Below, piece by piece: positions 1-9,516 of a stretch of 64,000 nt of DNA. Every line of letters starts with the position of its first letter. Position 1 is the stretch's first letter. A model generated the notes under the pieces. It saw only the letters and a program-made list of their open reading frames with translations, was not told where the DNA came from and ran no database searches. The stretch spans positions 1,203,989 through 1,267,988 of the forward strand of contig CAWBIU010000001.1 of the NCBI GenBank assembly GCA_963789015.1, written 5' to 3'. Source of the stretch: an uncultured Actinomycetes bacterium. Its GTDB lineage: Bacteria > Actinomycetota > Thermoleophilia > Solirubrobacterales > Solirubrobacteraceae. The translations under genes were made by a program, and so were the position numbers.

Positions 1-1
1 C

Positions 2-349
2 CCGCTCGCCGAGCTCGCCGGCGAGACGTGGGCGACCGGGCACGCCGGGATGGCGTGGGAGGAGATGACGCAGCGCACGTGCCGGGCGTGCGGCGGCTTC
101 GACCCGGACATCCGCCACCGCACGAACGACGCGACGGTCAGCCTCGGCCTCGTCGCCCGCGGCCTGGCCGTCGCCCTCGTCCCGGGGCTCGTGCTGCCGG
201 GCCGGCACCCGGGCATCGTGCTGCGCCGCGTCGCCGGCGAGCATGTGGAGCGCGTCATCTCCGCCGTCACGCGCGGCGCCGACGCGGCGCGCCCGTCGAC
301 GCGGGCGCTGCTCGGGGCGGTGCGCGACGCGGTCGCGGCGCTCAGCTGA
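2..349 (+). CDS. LysR-family transcriptional regulator, C-terminal substrate-binding part (5' end outside window)
   Basis: The frame is open from the window edge. The ...TVSLGLVARGLAVALVPGLV... C-terminus is typical of the LysR effector domain. GC3 is high. Confidence 0.7.
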   Translation, partial: PLAELAGETWATGHAGMAWEEMTQRTCRACGGFDPDIRHRTNDATVSLGLVARGLAVALVPGLVLPGRHPGIVLRRVAGEHVERVISAVTRGADAARPSTRALLGAVRDAVAALS

Positions 350-848
350 AGCGGTAGCTCGTCTGGCCGTGTGGGTCCTTGGCGAAGGCCATGACCTTGT
401 CGGCCTCGATGCGGAACACGTGCGCGACGTTCGTGCCTGCGCCGTGGAACGCGCCGTCGGCGACGTCGAAGTGCCACACCTCGCCGTACTTCGCCTCGAG
501 CGCGTCGGCGACCCCCTGCAGGGCGTCGTCCTCGGTGCGCCGCACGGCGCGGCCCTCGACGACGATGTCGAGGCCCGCGGCCCATGTGTTCGTGCCGGTG
601 GTCAGCGCGACGCGGTCGGAGTGCTCGAGGTTGCGCGCCTTCTGCTCCTGCGGGCCGGTGCAGAAGTGCGCCGCGCCATCGTGGAAGACGCCGATGAGGG
701 GCGTGACGTGCGGGCGCCCATCGGCGCGCACGGTCGTCAGCCAGTAGAGCTCGGCCTGCTCGAGGGTCGCCTGGGTGTCGCTCCACGGCGTGGGGCCGGC
801 GGCCGGGTCGCTGAAGCGGTCGTCAAACGACGTCGTCGGTTCGGTCAT
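342..848 (-). CDS. Pyridoxamine 5'-phosphate oxidase / F420-type split-barrel family protein
   Basis: ORF 342..899 trimmed to ATG 848, which is preceded by GGGAGG. The core LYWLTTVRADGRPHVTPL is typical of the PPOX family. Confidence 0.75.
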   Translation of the reverse strand: MTEPTTSFDDRFSDPAAGPTPWSDTQATLEQAELYWLTTVRADGRPHVTPLIGVFHDGAAHFCTGPQEQKARNLEHSDRVALTTGTNTWAAGLDIVVEGRAVRRTEDDALQGVADALEAKYGEVWHFDVADGAFHGAGTNVAHVFRIEADKVMAFAKDPHGQTSYRFS

Positions 849-940
849 GATGGGGAAGCCTCCCTTGGTCGCATCGACAAGGCTGACTCTGGCGAGCACG
901 GGGACTCATCGGTCCTCGTCGACCCCGAACGGAGAACTGC

Positions 941-1300
941 GTGATCACGAGCCTCGACTTCGTCGCCGTCCCGTCCACCGACGCCGCCCGCTCGCGAGCG
1001 TTCTATGTGGACACGCTCGGGCTGCGCCCCGACGACCAAGCCGACTTCGAGTTCTGGGTCGGCGAGACGTGCTTCGGAATCTGGGAGCCCGACAAGCTGG
1101 GCGGAAGCTTCGCGCCGCAGAAGAACGGCCACCTCGCCCTCCACGTCGACGACGTCGCGGCCACGCGCGCCGAGCTCGAGGCCAAGGGCGTCGAGTTCCT
1201 CGGCGACACGCTCGACACCGGGGTCTGCCACATGGCGTTCTTCAACGACCCCGACGGCAACGACCTGATGCTCCACCACCGCTACTCGCCGCGCGCCTGA
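941..1300 (+). CDS. VOC (glyoxalase/bleomycin-resistance) family protein
   Basis: Intact 119-aa ORF. It has the motifs FVAVPSTD..AR.FY..LG, HLALHVDD and FFNDPDGN. Confidence 0.85.
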   Translation: MITSLDFVAVPSTDAARSRAFYVDTLGLRPDDQADFEFWVGETCFGIWEPDKLGGSFAPQKNGHLALHVDDVAATRAELEAKGVEFLGDTLDTGVCHMAFFNDPDGNDLMLHHRYSPRA

Positions 1301-1310
1301 GGAACGCGCC

Positions 1311-1580
1311 TCAGCTGTCGGTCTCGGCGACGACGTTCGGCCCGTGGACGTCGTCGAAGCGGTCGAGCACGCCCGACTCGAGCAGCCGGCGGCGCGACTC
1401 GTTCGCGTCGTCGAGCGAGTCGAACTCGAGCATGATGAAGACCTGGCCGGGGTCGTCGACGCCGCGGAAGACACGCTGGCTCGTCGCGTGCTCACGGGCC
1501 CGGGGCCCGTCCTGGTCGAACATCGCCCGCCAGCGCTCGTAGTCGCCGACGCCGATGCGGGTGATGATGAACGCGGGCAT
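1311..1580 (-). CDS. Small hypothetical protein (possibly a dimeric alpha/beta-barrel-like fold)
   Basis: 89-aa ORF with high GC3. It is the last gene of a minus-strand string with dapB. No recognisable catalytic motif. Confidence 0.55.
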   Translation of the reverse strand: MPAFIITRIGVGDYERWRAMFDQDGPRAREHATSQRVFRGVDDPGQVFIMLEFDSLDDANESRRRLLESGVLDRFDDVHGPNVVAETDS

Positions 1581-1601
1581 GGGGTGCTCCTCGATGGGGG
1601 T

Positions 1602-2408
1602 CTACTCGGGCTCGAGCAGCAGTGCGTCGAGCCCGCGGACGAGGCCGGTGAGCCCGCCGACCCGCCGCACCGCCAGCAGCGTGCCGGCGACGTACGGCTC
1701 GGGCGATCCGCCGGCGTCGTGGCGGATCGTCAGGCGCTCGTCGGGCAGGCCGAAGACGACTTCGGTCGACACCACGAAGCCCGGCAGGCGAACCGAGTGG
1801 ATCCGCGTGCCGCCGACCCCGGCGCCGCGCGCCTCGCGCGGGCCCTGGACCTCGTCGACCGGCCGGCCGACCTCGGGCTGACGGACCTGGCCGAGGCGCT
1901 CGGCGAGCTCGCGCGCCGTGCCGCTCGGCACGTCGGGCTTCGTCGCGCTCGCGTAGTCGATGACCTCCCACTGCGGGAGGTGGCGCGCCGCGAGCAGCGC
2001 GCCGGCCTGGGCCATGGCCGCTGTCAGCGAGAAGTTCCCCGACGCCACGACGCCGAGCGAGCGCGCGCGGGCGGCCGCGTCGATCACCTCGAAGTCCTCG
2101 GCGGTCAGGCCCGAGCTGCCGATGACGACGGCCACACCGGCCGCGATCGCCGCCATCGTGTTGTCCCGCACCGCGGTCGCCGACGTGTAGTCGACGAGCA
2201 CGTCGACGCCGTCGAGCGCCTCGGCGACCGACCCGAGGACCGGCACGCCGAGGGCGTCGCCGCCGAGCGCCTCACCGAGGTCGGCGCCGGCGGACCTCCG
2301 GCTGACCGCCGAGCGCAGCTCGAGGTCCGGCGCGGCCATCACCGCGGGCACGAGCGCCCGGCCCGTCCACCCGGTGGCACCGGCGATGCACACCTGGATC
2401 GGCGTCAT
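1602..2408 (-). CDS. dapB: 4-hydroxy-tetrahydrodipicolinate reductase (DapB family)
   Basis: N-terminal IAGATGWTGR Rossmann motif, then VDYTSA, VIGSSGL and ASGNFS blocks collinear with DapB. Confidence 0.8.
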   Translation of the reverse strand: MTPIQVCIAGATGWTGRALVPAVMAAPDLELRSAVSRRSAGADLGEALGGDALGVPVLGSVAEALDGVDVLVDYTSATAVRDNTMAAIAAGVAVVIGSSGLTAEDFEVIDAAARARSLGVVASGNFSLTAAMAQAGALLAARHLPQWEVIDYASATKPDVPSGTARELAERLGQVRQPEVGRPVDEVQGPREARGAGVGGTRIHSVRLPGFVVSTEVVFGLPDERLTIRHDAGGSPEPYVAGTLLAVRRVGGLTGLVRGLDALLLEPE

Positions 2409-2417
2409 GGCGACGGA

Positions 2418-2900
2418 TCATCCCCGGTCCGGCCCTGGAACGAGCGCCGCTGGCAGCGCCGCGCCGTAACGCGCCGCCGCCGCGGTCATCTCGTCCGGCA
2501 CGACCAGGTCGACCCCGAGGCGCTCGGCGATGGCCGCCGCGCCCGGCCGCCGGGCCAGCGCGCAGAGGCGCGCGTGCTCGGCGCGCAGGCCGTCGCGATG
2601 GGCCTCGATCCGGCCCCACGCGGCGACGATCCCGTCGACCCACTCGAACTCGCCGTAGTAGGCCTGCACGCCCGGGCGATGGTAGGCGTAGATGCCGCAG
2701 CGGCAGTCGGGGTGCGGGGCGTCGTGCGGTGCCGCCAGCCAGCCGCGGCCGAACTCGAGCGTGCGGTTGGCCGGGTAGCACGCCGCGTGCATGACCGGGC
2801 CGTCCCAGCGGCACGGGATGTATGGCGAGAAGAGCGCACCGTCGACCACCCGCCAGGCCCGGAACCCGGCGACGGGCTGGACCAGGTCGGGTGCGCTCAC
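2418..2900 (-). CDS. Conserved hypothetical Cys/His-rich protein
   Basis: 160-aa ORF, 9 nt upstream of dapB on the same strand, with high GC3. Contains HPDCRCGIYAY and other Cys/His positions. No family assigned. Confidence 0.55.
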   Translation of the reverse strand: MSAPDLVQPVAGFRAWRVVDGALFSPYIPCRWDGPVMHAACYPANRTLEFGRGWLAAPHDAPHPDCRCGIYAYHRPGVQAYYGEFEWVDGIVAAWGRIEAHRDGLRAEHARLCALARRPGAAAIAERLGVDLVVPDEMTAAAARYGAALPAALVPGPDRG

Positions 2901-3053
2901 GCGCCGGCGGGAACCTTCGGCGAAGGCGGTGCCGTGGCGGGCACTTCCTTCTTCACCGGCAGCACGAGCGGCTCGACGACGATGGTCTTGGAGGGACCCG
3001 CGAGGCTCATGGATGAACGGTACCGCGGCGCACGCCCTTGTTGACCCGGTGCC

Positions 3054-4244
3054 CTAGAAGTCGAGCGCGTGGACCCGTGTCCGGTAGTTGGTGAAGCCGA
3101 TCGTGCGCTCGTCGCCCTTGACGTAGAGGATCCGGTTCGCGGTGGTCAGGCCGCGCGGCGTGACCGGGCGGATGGCGTAGCCGTTCGGGTCCGTGGTGAG
3201 CTGGCGCGAGGTCCACGTCCGGCCGTCGTTGCTCGTGAACCAGTGCTCGATCTGGTTCCACGGACCGATCGTGCGCGACAGGTAGACGTTGCGTGGGTCC
3301 TCGTGGTCGAGCGAGGCCCCGCCGGAGTGGAACGACGGCCGGCCGGCGCCGGCCCCGACCATCTTGCGGCTGATCCACCTCTCGCCGTTGTGGTAGGCGT
3401 AGTAGAAGGTGTCGCGGCCGCCGACCCGCCGCGTGTAGACGATCCTCGGCCGGCCCTCGGCGGTGAGCGCGATGTCGTGCGGCCACGCGCGCCCGCCCTG
3501 CACGGAGAAGTTGTAGACATGGTCGAGCTGCGAGGTGTGCAGCGGCACATCGTCCAGTGTGCCGAGCTTGCGCCCGCTCATCGCGAACAGGTTCCCGGCC
3601 TCGTAGCGCAGGTAGTGAAGGCTGTTGCGGAAGTCCATCGGGTGACCCTCGGTGAAGATGCCGTGGATGACCCGGTTGCCGTCGCCGACGTACTTCGTGT
3701 ACGGCCGCTGTCCCTCTCCGAAGCGGACGAGCTCGCGTGCCGGCACCCAGTCACGACCGTTCTCGGTGTAGGAGAAGGTCGGGTTCCACCCTCCGCCGCG
3801 CCAGAAGAGCCACAGCTTGTCCTTGAGCTGGATCGGGTTCGGATAGGTGAACCCGAGGCCGCCGGGCGCGTTGGTCGGGACCCGGTGCACGCTGCCGAAG
3901 CCGTTGATCGAGAACGGGTTCAGCGACGTCATGTAGCGCATCACGCTCGGGATCCCGGGCGGCGGCAGCTCGTGCCCCGAGTGGGGCGAGAAGAACACGA
4001 CGATGTGCCCGTCGCGCCGGAAGACGAGCGAGGGGTTGTTGTGGTCGTCGCGGCCGAGGCCCTTGAAGATGACGCGTTTGCTCAGGCTGCCGCCGGCCGT
4101 GTAGCGCGCGACCCATACGTTGCCCGCGGTCGAGATCCAGCCGGTGAACGTGTGCCCATCGTGCGAGATCGCCCGCGGATCGCCGAAGTAGGACCAAGAG
4201 CCGGCCCCGAGCTCCCGATCGGCCATGCGTGCCAGTATCGCCAA
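3054..4244 (-). CDS. BNR-4 repeat-containing protein
   Basis: 396-aa ORF. DDHNNPSL, VVFFSPHSGH, LWLFWRGGGWNPTFSYT and DGRTW blocks resemble the BNR-4 beta-propeller family. Confidence 0.65.
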   Translation of the reverse strand: MAILARMADRELGAGSWSYFGDPRAISHDGHTFTGWISTAGNVWVARYTAGGSLSKRVIFKGLGRDDHNNPSLVFRRDGHIVVFFSPHSGHELPPPGIPSVMRYMTSLNPFSINGFGSVHRVPTNAPGGLGFTYPNPIQLKDKLWLFWRGGGWNPTFSYTENGRDWVPARELVRFGEGQRPYTKYVGDGNRVIHGIFTEGHPMDFRNSLHYLRYEAGNLFAMSGRKLGTLDDVPLHTSQLDHVYNFSVQGGRAWPHDIALTAEGRPRIVYTRRVGGRDTFYYAYHNGERWISRKMVGAGAGRPSFHSGGASLDHEDPRNVYLSRTIGPWNQIEHWFTSNDGRTWTSRQLTTDPNGYAIRPVTPRGLTTANRILYVKGDERTIGFTNYRTRVHALDF

Positions 4245-4275
4245 CCTGAGCCGGCGCTGCAGGGCGTCTGGTGCG

Positions 4276-5607
4276 CTACGGGAGCCGGGTCGCGACCAGG
4301 GCCGGCTCGTGCCTGCTGCGAGCGCCCGTGCGAGCCGCTCGCCACAGCACGAGCGCGCCGCCGCCGGGCATCAGCCGCGCCAGCCCGGGCTCGGCGACAC
4401 TCGATGCTCGCCCGAGCGCGACCGCGGCGCCGAACGGCGCGCCGTGCGCCGTCCGCAGCGCGGCGACCGCTCGCTCGCGGCCCGCGCGGCCGGTCCGCGC
4501 CCGCTGCGGCCAGGCGACGACGGCCCGTCCCGCGTCGTCGGCCGCGATCGCGAGGCGTCCCCCCGTGACGTCGGCTCCCAGCTCGCCCGTGGCGACCAGC
4601 GGCTCGTCCGGGCCCGCCTCGGACACGTGGACGCGCGCCCCCTGCCCGCCCTCCCGGCCGGCCGTGCACGCCACCACCACGCGGCCGGCGGGGGTCACGG
4701 CTGCCTCGCCGCTCGACGGCTCGCAGCCCGGATCCACGGGCTCGGCCGCGCCGAACGCGGTTCCGCTCGCCGCGCGGCGCAGTTGCGGCCCGTCGCTCGC
4801 GGCCCGCGGGACGTGCTGGACGCCATGGACCAGCGCGGCCGTCCCGCCGGCGCCGACCACGGCCCGCGGGACGTCGGTCGGATCCTCGGCCACCCGCTGT
4901 GGCGGCCCGAACCGCCGGCGCGGGCGCCGCAGCGCGGCCCAGGCGCCGGTGCGCGACGTCGAACGCCACGCCGCGACGGCGTCACCGCGCTCGCCGATGG
5001 CCACCGAGACGCCGGTGCAGCATGGCCGCCGGACGAAGGCCGACAGCGGCTGCGGCGCGCCGAACGCGCCGCCCGGCGCGCGCGTCGCCGCCTCCAGGCG
5101 CCAGCGCGTCCCGCGATGGCGGAACCAGACCACGACGGCCGCGCCGCTGCGCGCGACGGCCGACGCCGCGAAGTCGGCGCTGCCCGCGCCGGCCGAGATC
5201 GTGACCGGCGCGGCGACCCGTCCGTGCGTCCCGAACCTGACCACCCGCACGCTCCGACGCGCGCGGCGCGTGCTCTGGACGACGATCACGCCACGGCCGT
5301 CGGCGGCGATGCCGGTGTCCACGGCCCGGTCGCCGCGGGTCGAGCGCATGAGCGTCCGGGGCGGCCCGAAGGCGGCGCCGGGCGCGGCCCAGCGGGCACG
5401 GACCGACGCCAGCGTCCTCGGATCTGGCAGCGTGCTCGGGCTGACCACGAACGCCCGGCCGTCCTCGTCGATCGCCACGTCCGCCGCGACGTCGCGGATC
5501 GCGATGACCTGCCCGGTGTCGGCGCGGGCACCCGCAGGCACGACGATGGCGGCCAACACCAACAGCACCCAGCAGTGCGACGCGTTCCGCATCATCGCCT
5601 GAAACAC
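4276..5607 (-). CDS. Secreted hypothetical protein (repeat-rich, probable beta-propeller)
   Basis: 443-aa ORF with an N-terminal signal-like segment, WVLLVLAAIVVPAGARA. It shows repetitive ...AVVAW/AVAAW... strand patterns. Confidence 0.6.
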   Translation of the reverse strand: MFQAMMRNASHCWVLLVLAAIVVPAGARADTGQVIAIRDVAADVAIDEDGRAFVVSPSTLPDPRTLASVRARWAAPGAAFGPPRTLMRSTRGDRAVDTGIAADGRGVIVVQSTRRARRSVRVVRFGTHGRVAAPVTISAGAGSADFAASAVARSGAAVVVWFRHRGTRWRLEAATRAPGGAFGAPQPLSAFVRRPCCTGVSVAIGERGDAVAAWRSTSRTGAWAALRRPRRRFGPPQRVAEDPTDVPRAVVGAGGTAALVHGVQHVPRAASDGPQLRRAASGTAFGAAEPVDPGCEPSSGEAAVTPAGRVVVACTAGREGGQGARVHVSEAGPDEPLVATGELGADVTGGRLAIAADDAGRAVVAWPQRARTGRAGRERAVAALRTAHGAPFGAAVALGRASSVAEPGLARLMPGGGALVLWRAARTGARSRHEPALVATRLP

Positions 5608-5669
5608 GCGGCGTTGGCGCTCGGACCCCTTACACGACGTTTAACGACATAAGGCTACGGTCCACAGCG

Positions 5670-6326
5670 ATGCGGGTGCTGATCGCCGAGGACGAGCCGC
5701 TGCTCGCCGACGCGCTCGCGCGCGGGCTGCGCAAGGCGGGATGCGCGGTCGACGTCGCGCTCGACGGCGCGGCCGCGCTGCGGCGCACCGCCGTCGTCGA
5801 CTACGACGCGGTCGTCCTCGACCGCGACCTGCCGGTCGTCCACGGCGACGACGTCTGCCGCCGGCTCGTCGGCCAGGAGCGCCCGCCGCGGATCCTCATG
5901 CTCACCGCCTCGGCGGCCGTCGCCCAGCGGGTCGAGGGGCTGGCCATCGGCGCCGACGACTACCTGTGCAAGCCGTTCGCGTTCGCCGAGCTCGTGGCTC
6001 GGCTGCGCGCGCTCGAGCGCCGCACCGCGCACGCCGTCCCGCCCGTCATCGAGCGCGGCGGCCTGCGCCTCGATCCGGCCCAGCGCCAGGTCACGCGCGA
6101 CGCCCGGCCGGTCGCGCTGAGCCCGAAGGAGTTCGGCGTCCTGCACGTCCTGCTGCTCGCCGACGGCGGCGTGGTCAGCGCCGAGACGCTGCTGCAGCGC
6201 GTGTGGGACGAACACGTCGACCCCTTCACGAACACGGTCCGGGTCACCATGATGAACCTGCGCCGCAAGCTCGGCGGACCGCCGATCATCGAGACGGTCA
6301 TCGGAACCGGCTACCGCGTCCCGTGA
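5670..6326 (+). CDS. OmpR/PhoB-type response regulator
   Basis: Receiver domain (VLIAEDE..., DLPVVHGD, KPF) plus a winged-helix C-terminus (...TVIGTGYRV). Confidence 0.92.
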   Translation: MRVLIAEDEPLLADALARGLRKAGCAVDVALDGAAALRRTAVVDYDAVVLDRDLPVVHGDDVCRRLVGQERPPRILMLTASAAVAQRVEGLAIGADDYLCKPFAFAELVARLRALERRTAHAVPPVIERGGLRLDPAQRQVTRDARPVALSPKEFGVLHVLLLADGGVVSAETLLQRVWDEHVDPFTNTVRVTMMNLRRKLGGPPIIETVIGTGYRVP

Positions 6327-7609
6327 GAACCACCCGCCCGTCCATCCGCCTCAGGCTCACCGCCTGGTACGCGACGATCTTCATCGCGCTCGGCACCGTG
6401 CTGCTCGCGGTCAGCTACGCCGTCGTGCGCCACGAGTTCGGCGACGAGAGCGCGAAGGTCCACGTCGCGGTCGAGGAGCTCACCGCCCAGGCGGCCGGTG
6501 AGGCTCAGCCGCGCCGCTTCCGCGTGCGCATCGCGCCCGGCCTGCCGCCCGAGACCGCGACCTCCGTGCGGCGCCTCACGGCCGGTGAGCGCGACGCCTA
6601 CCGGCGCGCGCGCAACGCCTACGCGGTCGAGGTCAAGGAGGCCAACGACCGCGCCCTGCGCCACGTGCTCGTCGCCTTCGGCTTCGCGCTCGCGCTCGTG
6701 ACGGTCGGGTCGGTGGCGGGCGGCTGGATCGTCGCCGGCCGCGCGCTGCGCCCGATCGCCAAGATCACGGCGACCGCGCGCTCGATCTCCGATCGCACGC
6801 TCAACGAGCGCATCGCCCTGCGCGGCCCGCGCGACGAGCTGCGCGAGCTCGCCGACACCTTCGACACGATGCTGGGCCGCCTGGAGAGCGCGTTCGAGAG
6901 CCAGCGCCGCTTCGTCGCCAACGCCTCGCACGAGCTGCGCACGCCGCTGGCCATCGTGCGCGCTGAGCTCGACGTCACGCTCGACGACCCCAAGTCCGCC
7001 GAGGACGAGCTGCGCGCGATGGCGGGCATCGTGCGCGCCACCAACGCGCGCATGGAGGTGCTGATCGGCAGCCTGCTGACGCTCGCGGGCAGCGAGGCGG
7101 GCGTCGCCGAGCGCGAGCCGCTGGACCTCGCCGATGTGGTGCGCGTCGCGCTCGACGCCGAGGAGGCGCTGCGCCCGGGCGGCGCGCTCATCCTCCATTC
7201 CGGGCTCGACCCCGCGCCGGTCCACGGCGACCCGCTGCTGCTCGAGCGCCTGGCCGCGAACCTCGTCCACAACGCCGTCCGCTACAACGCGACGGTCGGC
7301 TGGGTGCGCGTGTCGACCGGCCTGGAGCGGGGCGAGGCGCAACTCGTCGTCGAGAACCCGGGCGCGCTCGTGCCCGCCGACGAGGCGGCTGGGCTGGTCG
7401 AGCCGTTCCGCCGCCTCGAGGGCTCGCGCGCGCGCACGACCGGCGGCTATGGCCTCGGTCTGGCCATCGTCCGCGCCGTCGCGCATGCCCACGGCGGGCG
7501 CGTCGAGCTCGTCCCGCGGTCCGAGGGCGGGCTCGTGGTCACGGTCGCGCTCCCGGCGGCGCTCGGCGAGGACGAGGCGGGCCGGTCACCGGCCGTCGTC
7601 GCTGCCTGA
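6323..7609 (+). CDS. Sensor histidine kinase (HAMP + HisKA + HATPase_c)
   Basis: GTG 6323 overlaps the regulator stop (GTGA). Two TM segments, H-box FVANASHELRTPL, N-box LVHNAVRYN and G-box GYGLGLAIV. Confidence 0.9.
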   Translation: MRTTRPSIRLRLTAWYATIFIALGTVLLAVSYAVVRHEFGDESAKVHVAVEELTAQAAGEAQPRRFRVRIAPGLPPETATSVRRLTAGERDAYRRARNAYAVEVKEANDRALRHVLVAFGFALALVTVGSVAGGWIVAGRALRPIAKITATARSISDRTLNERIALRGPRDELRELADTFDTMLGRLESAFESQRRFVANASHELRTPLAIVRAELDVTLDDPKSAEDELRAMAGIVRATNARMEVLIGSLLTLAGSEAGVAEREPLDLADVVRVALDAEEALRPGGALILHSGLDPAPVHGDPLLLERLAANLVHNAVRYNATVGWVRVSTGLERGEAQLVVENPGALVPADEAAGLVEPFRRLEGSRARTTGGYGLGLAIVRAVAHAHGGRVELVPRSEGGLVVTVALPAALGEDEAGRSPAVVAA

Positions 7610-7703
7610 TCGTCCACGCGCGCGGGGCGTTTACGAAGGATTTGAAGTCGGCTCGGGCATCGTCGCCGTCCGTCAGACCCATCACGGACGGGAGGGGATC
7701 AGA

Positions 7704-9476
7704 GTGCGGATCAAGTGGATGAGCGCCGCGCTGCTGGCGGCGGCGCTGGCCATCGGAGCGGCCGCGTGCGGCGACGACGACGACGGCGGACAGCAGGGAG
7801 GCGCCGACGCCGCGAAGCTGTCGGGCGCGCCCCCGGGCGAGGGGCGCCAGGGCGGCAAGGTCACGGTGATCAACTCGGGCGACGTCGACTACGTCGACCC
7901 GGGCCAGACCTACTACCAGTTCGGCTACATGGTCCACTACTCGGTGAACCGCGGCCTGTACTCCTACAAGCCGGGCGACGTCGAGAAGCCGTCGGCGGAC
8001 CTGGCCACGGGCGAACCCGAGATCTCGGCCGACCGCAAGACGCTCACCGTGCGGATGCGCCCGGGCGTGCATTTCGCGCCTCCGGTCGACCGCGAGGTGA
8101 CGTCGGCCGACGTCAAGTACGGCTTCGAGCGCGCGTTCAGCCAGTCGGTCCCCAGCCCGTACGCCACCGTCTACTTCGCCGACATCGTCGGCGCCCCGTC
8201 GGCGCCCACGAAGCGCCCGCCGGACATCACGGGCATCGAGACGCCCGACGAGCACACGATCGTCTTCAAGCTCGAGCAGCCTTCGGCCGCGCTCATCAGC
8301 CAGGCGCTGGCGATGCCGATCTCGACGCCGGTGCCCGAGGAGTACGCCAAGCCCTTCGACGCCAAGAGGCCGTCGACGTACGACTCCTACGCCGCCTTCA
8401 CCGGCCCGTACATGATCCGCAACGACGCCGACGGCAAGCTCGTCGGACGCAAGCCGGGGCGGCTCATCGAGCTCGTGCGCAACCCGAACTGGGACGCGAA
8501 GACCGACTACCGGCCCGCCTACCTCGATGCGATCACCGTCGAGGAGGGCAACGACGACGCGACGACCGCGATGCGCCGCGTGCTCAGCGGCAACGGCCTG
8601 ATCCAGGGCGACGGCGCGACACCGGCCGGCGTGCTGCAGCGCGCGATCGAGCGCACGCCCGAGCAGGTCGCGCTCGTGCCGGGCGGCCAGTACCGGATGG
8701 TGTCCATGAACACCACGATCAAGCCGTTCGACGACATCAACGTGCGCAAGGCGGTGATCGCCGGCTTCGACCGCACGGCGATGCGGCTGACGCGCGGCGG
8801 CGCGGCGGTGGGCGACATCGCCACGCACTTCCTGCCGCCCGAGTTCCCCGGCTTCGAGGAGGCCGGCGGGATGAAGGGCCCCGGGGTCGACTTCATGAGC
8901 AACCCGAAGGGCGACATGAAGCTCGCCGCCGAGTACCTGAAGAAGGCCGGCTACCCGTCGGGCCGCTACACGGGCAACGAGCAGCTGCTCATGATGGCCA
9001 CGAACGCCGACCCGGGGCGCAAGTCGGCCGAGGTGACCCAGCGCCAGTTCGAGAAGCTCGGGTTCAAGGTCAAGTTCCGGATCGTGCCGCAGGACACGCT
9101 CTACACGCGGTTCTGCAACGTGCCCTCGGCAAACGTCGCGGTCTGCCCGAACGTCGGCTTCGTGAAGGACTTCTATGACCCGCAGTCGCTGCTGGACCCC
9201 GTGTTCAACGGCAACAACATCCTCCAGCAGAACAACTCCAACTGGTCGGAGATCGACGACCCGAAGCTCAACGACGCGATGGAGAAGGCGGCCGCGCTGC
9301 CGCCCGGCGACGCGCGCGTCAAGGCGTGGGGCGACGTCGACCGGATGGTGGTCGAGCAGGCGGCGGCGATCCCGTGGCTGTGGGACAAGCTCCCCACCGT
9401 CCAGTCCAAGGACGTCCGCGGCGTGATCAACGACTACAACACCGCCTGGGACCTGAGCTACACGTCGCTGAAGTAG
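7704..9476 (+). CDS. ABC transporter substrate-binding protein, family 5 (peptide/nickel type), lipoprotein-like
   Basis: GTG 7704 lies 8 nt after GGGAGGGG. Lipobox-like AIGAAAC. Length and blocks are typical of SBP_bac_5. No permease or ATPase gene follows. Confidence 0.85.
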   Translation: MRIKWMSAALLAAALAIGAAACGDDDDGGQQGGADAAKLSGAPPGEGRQGGKVTVINSGDVDYVDPGQTYYQFGYMVHYSVNRGLYSYKPGDVEKPSADLATGEPEISADRKTLTVRMRPGVHFAPPVDREVTSADVKYGFERAFSQSVPSPYATVYFADIVGAPSAPTKRPPDITGIETPDEHTIVFKLEQPSAALISQALAMPISTPVPEEYAKPFDAKRPSTYDSYAAFTGPYMIRNDADGKLVGRKPGRLIELVRNPNWDAKTDYRPAYLDAITVEEGNDDATTAMRRVLSGNGLIQGDGATPAGVLQRAIERTPEQVALVPGGQYRMVSMNTTIKPFDDINVRKAVIAGFDRTAMRLTRGGAAVGDIATHFLPPEFPGFEEAGGMKGPGVDFMSNPKGDMKLAAEYLKKAGYPSGRYTGNEQLLMMATNADPGRKSAEVTQRQFEKLGFKVKFRIVPQDTLYTRFCNVPSANVAVCPNVGFVKDFYDPQSLLDPVFNGNNILQQNNSNWSEIDDPKLNDAMEKAAALPPGDARVKAWGDVDRMVVEQAAAIPWLWDKLPTVQSKDVRGVINDYNTAWDLSYTSLK

Positions 9477-9516
9477 CTGGGGCCGCGAGCTGCGGCGGCG
9501 CGTACCCTCCGGGGCG

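Noticed and set aside
7666-7691. The hairpin upstream of the solute-binding protein, considered as a riboswitch or attenuator.
   Set aside because: It is only an 8-bp stem in a 94-nt leader, with no conserved riboswitch core sequences that I can recognise. It is kept only as a minor note within the two-component/SBP finding.
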